A stretch of DNA of 51,286 bases from a virus (taxonomy: Duplodnaviria; Caudoviricetes): positions 1-51,286 of IMG/VR virus record IMGVR_UViG_3300045919_000132; one strand, 5' to 3'. Below, in pieces: positions 35,939 to 46,549 of this stretch. How positions within the stretch are numbered: the stretch's first letter is position 1; the number at the start of each line of letters is the position of its first letter. The notes below the pieces were generated by a model that saw only the letters and a program-made list of their open reading frames with translations, did not search any database and was not told the DNA's origin. A program made the translations under genes and the position numbers.

Positions 35939-36975
35939 TGCCAATGTTTGATCCTCAGATCAATCCGCAGCAGGCGCAGTCCCTTGCAGACCTTATGGGG
36001 GGCGGCTCTGCCGGTGCCTATATGGGTATGCAGGGGGCTTTTCAACAAGATGCCAATATGAACAATCGGGCATTGACGTTGGCGGATTTGACAAAAATCA
36101 ATCAAGAAAACGAGCTGTACAAAGCTAAGATGCCTAACGAAATGGCTGTCAGTGACGCTGCTGGCCGTAATGCAAATACGCTAACTACAGATCATTATAA
36201 CACCATTCGTGCGGGTGAACGTGGTCAATCCCGAACTCTTCAAGCTCAGGGTGACTACGATCAACGAACTCTGGACTCCCGAGTTGATGAAACCCTTGGA
36301 GGTAATAAATCAAAAGCCCTGAAGCGCATGGGTGAAGACATGACCCAAGTAGCGGCTTACATTGGGGGTCTTCCTCCGGAAGCACAGGGTCCAGCAATGA
36401 AAGAAATTATTGCTAGCCGTCCGTGGGGTGCTCACGAAAGCATGGCACCTGCTTGGGAAGCGTTTGGAAAATTGCCTCCGGATCAGATGCGCGCTCAACT
36501 AGAGCGTGCAGGCACATTCATGATGAACGTTACTCCTGCTCACATTGCGACATTAACGGCTGAACGTGAAAAAGCCAAATCCAATGAAAAAATTGCGGCT
36601 GGACATGATGCAGCTACCCGTTATTCTGCGGATCAGCGTGCTAATGCAGCTAAAAAAGAAGCGGATGCCGCATGGAAAAAGGCAAACCCAGTCCAGAAAC
36701 TTGAATGGATGAGTCAACTGGTTTCTCAGGCGGATGAAAACACTGATCCTTACATTGAGTTACCTGATGGAACTACAATGTCTTTGCCTAACGCCAAACA
36801 AGCGGTTAAAGACATGCAAACTCGAATTGTTTCTCAACGAGCCGCGTCCGCTCAAGTTGGAGATAACCGTTTCCGCGAATTAACTAATATGAATCCGGTT
36901 CCTAATGGTAATGGAACGAATGGAGCTGTACCTAGACCCCGCACATGGAATAGTGCTACGGGACAATGGGAATAA
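35938..36975 (+). CDS. Internal virion / DNA ejection protein
   Basis: Helical, Ala/Gln/Met-rich; position in the operon. Confidence 0.6.
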   Translation: MPMFDPQINPQQAQSLADLMGGGSAGAYMGMQGAFQQDANMNNRALTLADLTKINQENELYKAKMPNEMAVSDAAGRNANTLTTDHYNTIRAGERGQSRTLQAQGDYDQRTLDSRVDETLGGNKSKALKRMGEDMTQVAAYIGGLPPEAQGPAMKEIIASRPWGAHESMAPAWEAFGKLPPDQMRAQLERAGTFMMNVTPAHIATLTAEREKAKSNEKIAAGHDAATRYSADQRANAAKKEADAAWKKANPVQKLEWMSQLVSQADENTDPYIELPDGTTMSLPNAKQAVKDMQTRIVSQRAASAQVGDNRFRELTNMNPVPNGNGTNGAVPRPRTWNSATGQWE

Positions 36976-36989
36976 CTAAAGGAATATAA

Positions 36990-39900
36990 ATGCCACAGTA
37001 TACAATGCCTGATGGAAATGCCTATGAGTTTCAGAATGATTTCGAAGCTACTCGGGCAATGAAAGCTTGGCACAAACAATTTAGTGCTGCTCCGTCTGAT
37101 GATGGTCCTGCTATGCAGACTATTAAAGAGCTTCCTGAGCGGTTTGGAAGTGCTGTGTCGGCTGTTGGTCGTACAGCAGGTTCGTTGGTTGGCTTAGTTC
37201 CTCAATTGGGGTATGGTCTTGGCAATGCTCTCGTTAGTCCGATGACTGGCGAAAACATTGATCAAATTATGGCTAATTCGGAAGAAGCTAATCCGATGAC
37301 CCATATTAACAAGGCACTTCCTCCCAATGAGTTTACTCGTCAATCGATGGACACAATTGGACAAGGGTTTGACAAGGCTGAAGAAGTTGGGGGCAATCTA
37401 GTCCGGATACCGTTGAATGCTCTCGGTATTGCTGGTGTCAGTGAAGACGAAGCCAAACGCCTAGGCATTGCTGACTCTAAAGCACAGGCAGCGGAACGTT
37501 CTATTGCTGGGTATCTGGGTAACTTTATTCCTGCCGGTGGCAAACTTAACGGAAAGCCTTTCTTCAAGAAGGGCGAGAAAGCTCCAGAACTCACCAAATC
37601 TAAGTTGGATGCTGTTGATGCTGAGATGGGTAAAGCTGGTGATCAAGCCGATGCATGGAAAGAGATCAATGCTCTAGATGCTCAACTGAATAAAGGCACT
37701 ACAACTCCGTACAATGCTTCGGGTAAGGGCAAATCAGGGCAAGGTCGTTGGACTCTTGACGAAAACGGTATGCCTGTTAAAGAAGAGTTGGCTGCTCCTC
37801 CGGTTGAAGCTGCTGTTCCCGTTTCGCGGGAGCGTGGTGTAACTAATGGGCGTCCGATTAACGAAACTCCGGAAGAGTTAGCTTTCTGGCGTGAGCGTGC
37901 AAATCAAATGACAGAGGATGCTAGGAATACTCCTATTCCTCTTGAGGGTGGTTTGAAAGGTACTGACCCGTTCTTGGTTGAACAAGCCAAACGCAAACAG
38001 CAAGAAGCCATTGCTGAATTTAATGCCAAACGGGCGCGGGAAAGTCAAATCCCAATTCCTTTGCGTGAAGGTGAGCAGGCGATGGGGCCGTATAGTCAAC
38101 TGTCACCAAAGCTCACGGAGCCGGTGCCACCGACTCTTCCTGAGCAACCGGGACGGACCCCTTTTCCCGAAACGTTTGATCCTAATGCTATTCGAGACGG
38201 ACTCCAAAGGCCGGGTCCGGAACCAGTTCCTTTGGTACAAGGTGGAATTCAAAAAACCTTTGACGGCCGTAATCAGCCTCCTGTTCGTGGTGATGGCCGG
38301 TTGTCAAGTCTACCGGACACTGACACAGGGTTTGGTTTTGAACCCAACCGTGCTGCCCCATCTGTAGGTGCTGGGTTAGTTGAAGCCCTTAAACGTCAGC
38401 GTGAAGAGGGTGCTGGTGGGTTTCCTTTCAAGGATCGTATTAGTCATCTGACGGATGACCCCGCAGCACAGATGCTGCTTCGTGAACTGGATCAAAGGTT
38501 GTCTGAAGCTCGTCGTGGTGAAGCGGGCGCGGCTTGGCGTGCCCGTGAGTTGGAAGCACAATTGGCTAATCACGGATTTGATGCTAACCATCCATGGACT
38601 ACTGGGGAAAAGAATGCTCCTCCCGTACAACATTCAACTGCTCGTAATGGATTGAGTGTGTTTGATAAAAGTAACAAAGCTCTTCCTATTGAACGTTCGG
38701 GTACTCGTAATACACGTTTGACCCCTAGTGCTGGCAGACCGTTTGATCCGAATCGTAATTCGATTGGGAGATTCATGGGAAAAAAGCAGGGCGGGATGAT
38801 TCATCCCGAACTCCAAACATTCGGCGTAATCGGTTTGCTGGACAAAGTAAAAGGAATGTCGGACGGCGCAAGTAGAGTTCTTTCGCGGTTTATTGGGACG
38901 TTTGGCAAAGAGCAACTAGTTGCCGCTAAAAGAAAATCACTTGATCCTCGGGGCACTGAGCGGTTAGTTTGGATGCGGCCTGCTACGTTCCACTCGTTAG
39001 CTATGGCGCGAGATTTTTCTCGAAAACAGTTCCAAGGAATGTCAGAACTAAAGCGTGAGGAAATTCGCAAAGGACTACAAACTGAGGAGGGTTTAAATGA
39101 TCGGGACTCCATCCCCCAACTGGGAATCCGCATTGACGAGCGGGGAGTCGCCAAAGTAGAAGAACATGAAGGTCGCCATCGAATGGACGTGTTTGCGGAA
39201 AAGAAACTAGATCGAATTCCTGTCCTTATTAAATCAATCGACAAAAAATTAAGGAATGCTGATCCGTTACCCGCCCTTGAACAAGAGTATGGTAATACCC
39301 AGTATCAAGCGGGGTACATCAAAGATGTATTTCCTCAAGACCCTGCAAATGCTGCTCAACGGTATCCGGGCAGTGAAAACGGACCAATCATGATGGGTAA
39401 CGGGGTTCCGTTGCCGGACTTTCTTCAAAAAGGTTTGGATCGTGTGGGTAAAGCGGCTTCTTCGGTATTTGAGAAGAACGCCTCGTTGCAAAGCGCCGTT
39501 AAGGGTTTGCCTGCGGCAATCAACTCTGTCTATGACGGCATCACGCAGCAAGGCACTAACGCTGCGGAAGTGTTGGCTAAGAATGCGGATTTCAACAAAG
39601 ACATCACAAACAAAGCAAAGATTGCGGGTAAGACTGTAGTCAGTGGTGCGAACATAATGGCTAAAGTTGAGAAGAATCCTTTCATTCGTTCTGCTTACGA
39701 AATGTTTGACCAAAGTAACAAGCTGGCCCTTAAAGCTATTGATGCTCTGGTTCACCCTGCAATGACTATTGCCAAAGAAATGTCTAAGCAAGAGCGCATG
39801 GACGTTGTTGCCCTGATGATGAAGTACGAGGGGAAGCAACGAGTTACTCCTGAAGTTATGCAGAAGGCCGGGTATGGTGAAAAGGAAATTGCGTTTTACA

Positions 39901-42053
39901 ATGCACTGACCAAAGCTCAGGATGCTGCCCTTGTTAAGATCAATGAGGCTCGTGTGGCTATTGGTAAAGAGCCGTTGAGTGCTCGTGAGGGTTTCATGGC
40001 TTCCACATTCCGCGGTGCATTTAAGACCATTGTACGGGATAAAAACGACAAGCCGGTGTATGTTCTTTCTGAGAATACTCGTTGGGGTCATGACTCCTTG
40101 GTTAAAGAGTTTCAAGCTAAGTTCGGTAAGGACTTTAAGTTTGAGACGTTTGATCCTAAGAACTACGAGAAGTTCCGTAGTCAAGAGAACCAAGCTGACT
40201 TCTTCTACAAGCGGTTTATGCAGGACGTCCTTAAAGACGATCCTCGTGCTATGGCGATGGATGAACTGTTTAAGGAATGGAAAACCAAGCAAGCTGAGTT
40301 TGAACTAGGACACAATCAACATGCTAAAGCTAAGTCGGAAACGGCTGTGGGTGGTGCAGAGGGTTTGAGGTTTGAGAAGGATGTGTGGCAGAATGCGCAG
40401 GACTACATAGAAGCTCAATTGCGTTACATTGAGAATTCGTTTGTGTGGTCTGAACATCAGAAGGCGTATAAGAGTGCTGGTGAACTGATTGAAGGCATTA
40501 AGAAACGTTTGCCTAATACGGCAGACTATATGGATGCTTATCGGGATCAGGCTATTGGTGCTCGACGCAATGCTATAGGTCGATTAGCAGACAACATCGC
40601 TAATGAGACCAATCCATACATGGTACAACAAGCCTCTTCGTGGGCTAAGGCTACTCTAAATGGTTTGCTGTTGGGTGGTCCCACTAACATGGCGTTTATG
40701 GCAACTCAGTTGCTCCAGACGATTAATGCCTTGCCTGAAATGATGTCAGTGTCTAGTCGGCTTAACAAAAGCCAGATCAAGGCACTTGCGTTTGATGCTC
40801 CTATGGCGTACACCAAAGTTGTTGCTAACCTTGCCCGAAACACATTTACTGCCGGGGATCCTGCAGTTCAATGGGCAAAACAAAATCATGTGATCAAAGC
40901 TGCTCGTTGGGAAGGTATTGATGAACTGCACCAAGGCAAGGCCAGTGCTGCTTTTGGAAAGGTTTGGAACGGTGGTGTAAAAGCTACTGACTTGGGTGGA
41001 CGTGGGATTACTTACCTTGCATTTGTGAATCTGTTCAAGAAACATTTTAAAGGTGAGGAACTCTACCGCATGGCTGCGGATGCTACCGAGCGTACCATGA
41101 CGGACTACCGTGGATTTGAAACTCCTATGGGGTTTGAATCAGGTGGTTTCATTGGTCAAACGTCGGGCTTCTTGCATAAGTATCCTGCTAACTGGGTTAA
41201 CCAGCTTGTTGGGTTTGCAAAGACTAAGGAGTTTGCTCCAATGGTTGCTCTACTTGGCACCAGTTTCTTTACTGCCGGTGTTAGTGGTATGATTGGAATC
41301 AATACTTACGAAGCTATGGCGCACATCTTTGGGTGGCCGTCTGTCAAAGAGTACCTGTTTAAATCAGGTGCTCCTACGTGGGTAACGATGGGTCCTTTGA
41401 GTACCGTTAAGATTCCCGGAACTAATGTGGCTTTGGATTTCCAAGCTAAAACTAGCATGGCCGATATTATTCCGGACAATGCGCTTGATGTGATTCTCCC
41501 CGGTGCTGGTTTTGTTACCAACATTGTTGGAAAAATCAAGGATGAAAAAGCAACTAAAACAGCGGTGGCTCATGCGGCAACTCCAGCGTCATTAAAGGGT
41601 GTGTTTGAAAATGCTTTCCTGTCGCAAAAACGGCCGGACGGCAACATCAATACAATCAATCCGGGTGATCGTGATGCTGAATATGTCCGAACTCCAGACG
41701 AAGCGATGTTACGAAACTTTGGGTTTAGGTCCACAAAAGAAAGTTTGTGGAAACAACAGAAGTTTGCGTACAACCAAAGTGCTCAACGGGAATTTAAACA
41801 AGAGGTTGCTTTGCTTGTCCGTCTGAAAGAAGACGTTCAAAATGGCACCGCCAATCCTTTTGCTTTGCGTAAAGCTAGTGATGAACTCGTAGCTAAATGG
41901 AGAGCTAAAGGACTTGATTGGCAAGGACTTGATGGCAAGATTACTAAGTCACTTGAAGAAGCCTTTGTTCCCGAAGATATTCGTAACCTCAAGAAAGCGG
42001 AAACCGCTCCTGAGAAATTTATTAAACAGCAAAGGATTCGTCATGGAGAATAA
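36990..42053 (+). CDS. Large internal virion (ejection) protein with a ParB/Srx-like insert
   Basis: 1687 aa, last structural gene; HEGRHR motif encoded near 39165..39182. Confidence 0.7.
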   Translation: MPQYTMPDGNAYEFQNDFEATRAMKAWHKQFSAAPSDDGPAMQTIKELPERFGSAVSAVGRTAGSLVGLVPQLGYGLGNALVSPMTGENIDQIMANSEEANPMTHINKALPPNEFTRQSMDTIGQGFDKAEEVGGNLVRIPLNALGIAGVSEDEAKRLGIADSKAQAAERSIAGYLGNFIPAGGKLNGKPFFKKGEKAPELTKSKLDAVDAEMGKAGDQADAWKEINALDAQLNKGTTTPYNASGKGKSGQGRWTLDENGMPVKEELAAPPVEAAVPVSRERGVTNGRPINETPEELAFWRERANQMTEDARNTPIPLEGGLKGTDPFLVEQAKRKQQEAIAEFNAKRARESQIPIPLREGEQAMGPYSQLSPKLTEPVPPTLPEQPGRTPFPETFDPNAIRDGLQRPGPEPVPLVQGGIQKTFDGRNQPPVRGDGRLSSLPDTDTGFGFEPNRAAPSVGAGLVEALKRQREEGAGGFPFKDRISHLTDDPAAQMLLRELDQRLSEARRGEAGAAWRARELEAQLANHGFDANHPWTTGEKNAPPVQHSTARNGLSVFDKSNKALPIERSGTRNTRLTPSAGRPFDPNRNSIGRFMGKKQGGMIHPELQTFGVIGLLDKVKGMSDGASRVLSRFIGTFGKEQLVAAKRKSLDPRGTERLVWMRPATFHSLAMARDFSRKQFQGMSELKREEIRKGLQTEEGLNDRDSIPQLGIRIDERGVAKVEEHEGRHRMDVFAEKKLDRIPVLIKSIDKKLRNADPLPALEQEYGNTQYQAGYIKDVFPQDPANAAQRYPGSENGPIMMGNGVPLPDFLQKGLDRVGKAASSVFEKNASLQSAVKGLPAAINSVYDGITQQGTNAAEVLAKNADFNKDITNKAKIAGKTVVSGANIMAKVEKNPFIRSAYEMFDQSNKLALKAIDALVHPAMTIAKEMSKQERMDVVALMMKYEGKQRVTPEVMQKAGYGEKEIAFYNALTKAQDAALVKINEARVAIGKEPLSAREGFMASTFRGAFKTIVRDKNDKPVYVLSENTRWGHDSLVKEFQAKFGKDFKFETFDPKNYEKFRSQENQADFFYKRFMQDVLKDDPRAMAMDELFKEWKTKQAEFELGHNQHAKAKSETAVGGAEGLRFEKDVWQNAQDYIEAQLRYIENSFVWSEHQKAYKSAGELIEGIKKRLPNTADYMDAYRDQAIGARRNAIGRLADNIANETNPYMVQQASSWAKATLNGLLLGGPTNMAFMATQLLQTINALPEMMSVSSRLNKSQIKALAFDAPMAYTKVVANLARNTFTAGDPAVQWAKQNHVIKAARWEGIDELHQGKASAAFGKVWNGGVKATDLGGRGITYLAFVNLFKKHFKGEELYRMAADATERTMTDYRGFETPMGFESGGFIGQTSGFLHKYPANWVNQLVGFAKTKEFAPMVALLGTSFFTAGVSGMIGINTYEAMAHIFGWPSVKEYLFKSGAPTWVTMGPLSTVKIPGTNVALDFQAKTSMADIIPDNALDVILPGAGFVTNIVGKIKDEKATKTAVAHAATPASLKGVFENAFLSQKRPDGNINTINPGDRDAEYVRTPDEAMLRNFGFRSTKESLWKQQKFAYNQSAQREFKQEVALLVRLKEDVQNGTANPFALRKASDELVAKWRAKGLDWQGLDGKITKSLEEAFVPEDIRNLKKAETAPEKFIKQQRIRHGE

Positions 42054-42303
42054 ACCTCTGGACGAACGTGTTGAAGCATTGGAAGACAATGTTGAAAAGC
42101 TAAACTCCGCCTTTCCGGGCGGAGACTTTTCAGGACATGCTCGTTATCATGAAATGATTATTGAAGAACTAAAAAGCAAGAAAGACCTACGTAAAGCCAT
42201 TATCGAGAAGGTTGTTACCGGCTCTGTGTGGGCACTTGCGTTTGGTTTGTTTACAGCCGTGGTCAGTTATCTTAAGGACCACGTTTTTACGGTCTTTAAG
42301 TAA
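42043..42303 (+). CDS. Putative holin/antiholin (1 TM)
   Basis: 86 aa, C-terminal TM, coupled to the lysin start. Confidence 0.5.
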   Translation: MENKPLDERVEALEDNVEKLNSAFPGGDFSGHARYHEMIIEELKSKKDLRKAIIEKVVTGSVWALAFGLFTAVVSYLKDHVFTVFK

Positions 42304-42725
42304 TGGACCCGGTGTTGGATTTCATCCTGAAGTCCGAAGGAGGGTACGTTAATCATCCAAGTGATCCGGGTGGAGAAACCAACTACGGAATCTCCAAACG
42401 GGCGTATCCTAACGAAGACATCAAGAACCTAACGCTTGAACGAGCCTGTGAGTTGTATAAACGGGATTACATGGACAAGGTGGTTACTGAGGACATGTCC
42501 TTTGGACAGAAGTTGTTCTTGGTAGACACTGCGGTTAACATGGGTGTTGGTCGTGCTAAAGAGTTTTTGAAGGTGTCAAACGGAGATTTGGATCAGTTGT
42601 TCGCATTGCGCGAAGCCCGTTACGCTAAGATTATCTCAGCCAATCCTAAACTTGAAACATTTAGGAAAGGCTGGGCTAACCGTTTAAAACATTTGAAGGA
42701 AGTTATTGCGGCTCACCGGGAGTAA
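42303..42725 (+). CDS. Endolysin, glycoside hydrolase family 108
   Basis: EGGYVNHPSDPGGETNYGIS, DTAVNMG, F.KGW.NR. Confidence 0.92.
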   Translation: MDPVLDFILKSEGGYVNHPSDPGGETNYGISKRAYPNEDIKNLTLERACELYKRDYMDKVVTEDMSFGQKLFLVDTAVNMGVGRAKEFLKVSNGDLDQLFALREARYAKIISANPKLETFRKGWANRLKHLKEVIAAHRE

Positions 42726-42924
42726 TCTCGGTGGGCTTTTTTATTACCTTTGTATAAGTAAATCCGACTGCCACAGGAATAAGTGGAGTTTCAAATCCAC
42801 AGGTGTGGCAAGTAAACCCAACATACGCCCCGTCCCCACAATCAGGATCAAAAGTGCGAGTTGTGTTTGGACTTAAACAGACAGGGCAAGCTATCCTACC
42901 TGTTTGAACTAATCGGACTCCCAT
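42703..42924 (-). CDS. Small zinc-ribbon protein
   Basis: CPVC...CHTC. Confidence 0.55.
   Translation of the reverse strand: MGVRLVQTGRIACPVCLSPNTTRTFDPDCGDGAYVGFTCHTCGFETPLIPVAVGFTYTKVIKKPTEITPGEPQ
42711..42742 (+). terminator. Terminator where the two arms converge
   Basis: GCTCACCGGGA-GTAA-TCTCGGTGGGC-TTTTTT. Confidence 0.85.
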
Positions 42925-43066
42925 TACGGTTTTTGTTTGGACAAGAAGATTCGTAGAACACCTAGATGAAGAACAATACACCATTCATCACCGGCTTCCT
43001 CTACGAGTTCGTCGGATAGATGCTCGATACCTACGACTAACCCAGTGTACCACTGATACCATAGTG

Positions 43067-43306
43067 TCATGCTCGGACTTTCTTGAGTGATTTGACCATT
43101 CCTTTCGGAATTTTCGTTCGTGCATTCGTGTGATCAGCAGAGAGCGTAGAAGCAACAACGTAGTACTTTTCTGTCTCTTTGACAAGGAAACCCAGCGTCT
43201 CCACAAGTGCTTCCTCCAGAGGGGTGCCTTCCACTTGAATTTCCCAGTCATTGCTTACCTCCGCATCATCCCATGTGATAAGTACCGCCTCATACTTTCG
43301 TTTCAT
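43067..43306 (-). CDS. Phage hypothetical protein
   Basis: ITWDDA...TLGFLVKE...IPKGMV; AAGGA RBS. Confidence 0.8.
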   Translation of the reverse strand: MKRKYEAVLITWDDAEVSNDWEIQVEGTPLEEALVETLGFLVKETEKYYVVASTLSADHTNARTKIPKGMVKSLKKVRA

Positions 43307-43428
43307 TTGGGTTCCTTTGGTGGCGGATTCGGACGTGGCCTTGTTCGTTTGTGTCGATGATCAAGCCTTGTGGTGTTAGCCATCGAGTAGTCCCGTCGTA
43401 GTTAAGCAAAGGAATATCCAACGAGTGG

Positions 43429-45102
43429 TTAGGAACCGCACGATCCTCCCTTACCGGTAATGTCGCAAATGTCGGATTCTTCAAACTCTACTCCTTTGTG
43501 GTTAAGTGCGTCGGTGTATTCAACTTTGGTGATGGGTTGACCTCCTCGACTTCCATCCGGATAGCACGTAAACCCACGAAGTCTTGGAGCGTATCTTGCA
43601 AGTGTGGCAGTAAATCGGTCAACACCGTCAGGACTGTTCCCCTTGCTTCCCCAAGACGGGAGATTAATTGTGGAGGAAATTGACATGTCAACGTAATCCT
43701 GTATGTCTGCTTGGAATTTGATTCGTCGTTCTGGGTCATTGGCTAGGTCTGTGGCTGTTTCAATCGAGTCTGGATCGAGTCCAAAATCATTGATAAGACG
43801 TTGCGCTGTTCCGTCGATAACATATTGATATTTCCATCGAGTGCCGTCAGTAAGGTAGCGGCGTTTGTAAGCAACCGCGTAAAGGGGTTCAATACCAGTA
43901 GTTGTGGAAGCCATGATTCCGATGGTGCCTGTTGGAGCGATGGCGCGATATGCCACTGGCCGGGATATGAAGAGCCGGTCACAGTGTTCGTTTGCGCTTG
44001 ATTCGCTGCTGTTTTTGTAGACATCTAACCAGCTCCTGAGTTCGTTGTTGATTTCATATTTGTATTTTCGTTGGAGGAGCCATTCATGAATTCCCATGAG
44101 TCCCAATCCAAGACGCCGATTCTTTTCCCTGACTTTGTATACTTTGTCGTAAGGCAAGTCTGCTCGAAGAGTGCCGCAGACAAGAAACTTGGAAGCGAGG
44201 GCCACAACATCTTTGAATTCCTCGATGGTTTCAATGTTACCAAGATTAATACTCCCTAGATTACAAACATCCGAATCATCTTCGGAGGTAACTTCAGTAC
44301 AAGCATTTCGTAAGGTTTCATTCCATTTATCTCCAAAGTTGAAGCTAAAACCCGGCTCACCTGTACTCAACGCTTGATAGACGTTTTGCTTGAACACTTG
44401 ATTATCGACCAAACCGTTGTAAATTTCAACACCACTTCCTGTGGGTCCATTGATAACACTGTCATCATAATTAACACTAATGTTAGTCATGTCCAACGGA
44501 GCAGGGAAGTTAAAGTCGTTAGCTTTCTGCTCTTTAACTAACTCTGTCCAATTTTTGCTTCCAAGGAAGAGAGGCATGTCCTCATGCTGCCAATTAAGTG
44601 ACGCATATATGGCGGATCGTCGGGAGCCTCCTTGCATGACATTTCGACCAATTTCGTTGATTGCAAACATAAGTGGTAAAGGTCCAGACGCTTTTCCTCC
44701 GGTACGTGTGAGAGCGCGGCCAGAAGCTCGGAGTCGTGAATAATCAATGCCAATGCCGCCTCCAGTCATCAGGCAAGACATAGCTCGCCAAGTTACGTTG
44801 CTCCATTCTTCCCGCGTGTCTTCCTCGGCTCGGAGGAGGTAGCAGTTGTTGTACGCTTTGTAGGGCCGCCCAGCATAGTACAGGTAGCGACCGCCGGGAA
44901 TAAACTTGTGTTCTTTAATGAGATTTGCCAGCGTGTCGCAATCTCCTTTTCCCAGTAGGCGATTAGTCGTGCCATTTCGGGTTCCACAGACATCCTCCAC
45001 GATTCGTTCAGCTAGGTTGTCCCAAGTGTCGTTAGGACCCTGAGCATATTTATTACGGAAAATAGACTCAGCAAAGCTGGTCTTAAATCGTTGTAGTTCC
45101 AT
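43429..45102 (-). CDS. nrdJ: Ribonucleotide reductase, probably class II (B12-dependent)
   Basis: PGGRYL, NNC, GG.RRSA, GEPG, NACTE, CNLGS, RRLGLG, APTGT, GIEP, C-terminal Cys pair; no NrdB gene seen. Confidence 0.88.
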   Translation of the reverse strand: MELQRFKTSFAESIFRNKYAQGPNDTWDNLAERIVEDVCGTRNGTTNRLLGKGDCDTLANLIKEHKFIPGGRYLYYAGRPYKAYNNCYLLRAEEDTREEWSNVTWRAMSCLMTGGGIGIDYSRLRASGRALTRTGGKASGPLPLMFAINEIGRNVMQGGSRRSAIYASLNWQHEDMPLFLGSKNWTELVKEQKANDFNFPAPLDMTNISVNYDDSVINGPTGSGVEIYNGLVDNQVFKQNVYQALSTGEPGFSFNFGDKWNETLRNACTEVTSEDDSDVCNLGSINLGNIETIEEFKDVVALASKFLVCGTLRADLPYDKVYKVREKNRRLGLGLMGIHEWLLQRKYKYEINNELRSWLDVYKNSSESSANEHCDRLFISRPVAYRAIAPTGTIGIMASTTTGIEPLYAVAYKRRYLTDGTRWKYQYVIDGTAQRLINDFGLDPDSIETATDLANDPERRIKFQADIQDYVDMSISSTINLPSWGSKGNSPDGVDRFTATLARYAPRLRGFTCYPDGSRGGQPITKVEYTDALNHKGVEFEESDICDITGKGGSCGS

Positions 45103-45237
45103 TAGTCCTCTTCAAATGCATGACCCACACAAGGCGGAATCTTATATTTCTTAATTTCGGCCTCTGCCTCATATTCTTCCAGAACCCTTCGTTGGTATTG
45201 AAGGGTGCCCTTCCTATCTTCCGACTCTCGTTGGCGA

Positions 45238-45408
45238 TTAGTCTTCGTCGTCTTGTTCAAAGTCTTCCTCAAGCTCGTCATGTTTCCGCTCTATTAAATC
45301 CCAAAACCGTTCAACCAGCATTTCCGAATCAATGTCTAATACCTCAAGTAAAGAAATTTCGTCAATCCTAGTCAGTCGAGATTTAAGCTCCTCCAGTGTC
45401 AGTGCCAT
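45238..45408 (-). CDS. Small acidic phage protein (56 aa, not in the ORF track)
   Basis: MALTLEELKSRLTRIDEISLLEVLDIDSEMLVERF... Confidence 0.7.
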   Translation of the reverse strand: MALTLEELKSRLTRIDEISLLEVLDIDSEMLVERFWDLIERKHDELEEDFEQDDED

Positions 45409-45556
45409 ATTGTTCCCTATACATTTTCATCCGCTCGTCATACATGTCGTATGAATACCCAAACAAAATAAAATCCTTAATTGTTTCCGGAATATTCCGT
45501 CGTTGAAGTTCTTTGAGCAAATTTTCAGTCGTTACAGTCTCGATTGTAAACATTAA

Positions 45557-45967
45557 TTAGACCCCATTCTTTTTGTCATAGGAACGTGCGCCAACATAAC
45601 CCAGATACCCAACACCAAACAAAGTCCACATAGAGTCAGGAATAGCCTTAAGCCATAATCCAAATCCTGCAGCAATACGTGCAGCAACGTCAGGCTCAAA
45701 GGCAGAAAGAACACCCATAGGCAAACCAAACAGAATACAAATGTAGACGACATAGAGAAAGCTGGGTCGCGCTCGGCTCGTCCACGGATCAGTGCTGTTA
45801 GCTTCTGCCATGATTGCACTAAGTTGGACTTTAACTTCATCAAGGTTTCCAGCACGCTCTGCCTCCATGACAGCAAGTTTTGCTTTGTTTTTTTCTTCTT
45901 CTGACGGAAAGTATTTCCCGATCAGGTCAAATAAGGGGCCAACAATAACCCCGGCCAAATTACCCAT
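45557..45967 (-). CDS. Holin-like protein (GTA 3TM holin family)
   Basis: AEANS.DPWTSRARP...GYLGYVGARSYDK; GGAGG RBS. Confidence 0.8.
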   Translation of the reverse strand: MGNLAGVIVGPLFDLIGKYFPSEEEKNKAKLAVMEAERAGNLDEVKVQLSAIMAEANSTDPWTSRARPSFLYVVYICILFGLPMGVLSAFEPDVAARIAAGFGLWLKAIPDSMWTLFGVGYLGYVGARSYDKKNGV

Positions 45968-46320
45968 TAAACCTCCGAAAATTCAATTGGGATGCCATTG
46001 CGAGATGCAAACTCAATCTCTTTCTTGACACCATAACTCTCGCCCCAACCGGGCATCATATAAACAATCATTTTGTCGCAGTGCTTGAGCAACGCAAAGT
46101 CTTGTAGCAGCCACCAATCACCAGATTTAACGTCCGGCATTCCGATAGTTTCAATTGGATGACTGTGGGCAATCGGACAAAAAACAAGGTAGCCCTCGGC
46201 CATCAACTTAGCTGCTTTGATACATACTTCTTCGTATCGCTTTTGCTTTACATCCGGATCAGGGTGGCTGTAAGGACTAGCCAGATAAACCAACTCAGGG
46301 GTATCAGACACGGTACACAT
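45967..46320 (-). CDS. DUF1937-like (nucleoside deoxyribosyltransferase-fold) protein
   Basis: YLASPYSH, PIAHSH, W...D...L..CD, GWGESYGV..E. Confidence 0.8.
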   Translation of the reverse strand: MCTVSDTPELVYLASPYSHPDPDVKQKRYEEVCIKAAKLMAEGYLVFCPIAHSHPIETIGMPDVKSGDWWLLQDFALLKHCDKMIVYMMPGWGESYGVKKEIEFASRNGIPIEFSEV

Positions 46321-46549
46321 CTCCATTCTCTTTGATTTTTTGTTCTTCGTAAACTCGACCAACACGAGCATAAAACTCTAGTTTAGCGCCTTCAAGTGCT
46401 CCAATAATATCGTTAATAGTCTGGTAATTTTTGCGTGAATCCCAATATTGGATTGCGAGACAAGTAAATGCAAAGTTAAGTTCTCCGGGAGTTTCAGGAG
46501 CACCTGTCAATTCTAAACGGTTTCGATCTTCTTGTTTAATGTAAGGCAT
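46304..46549 (-). CDS. Conserved phage protein (DUF6899-like)
   Basis: MPYIK...PGELNF...GALEGAKLEFY....YE..K..ENGDVY. Confidence 0.75.
   Translation of the reverse strand: MPYIKQEDRNRLELTGAPETPGELNFAFTCLAIQYWDSRKNYQTINDIIGALEGAKLEFYARVGRVYEEQKIKENGDVYRV

Noticed and set aside
36990-42053. Virion RNA polymerase recognising hairpin promoters (N4-like)
   Set aside because: No recognisable single- or multi-subunit RNAP catalytic motifs.
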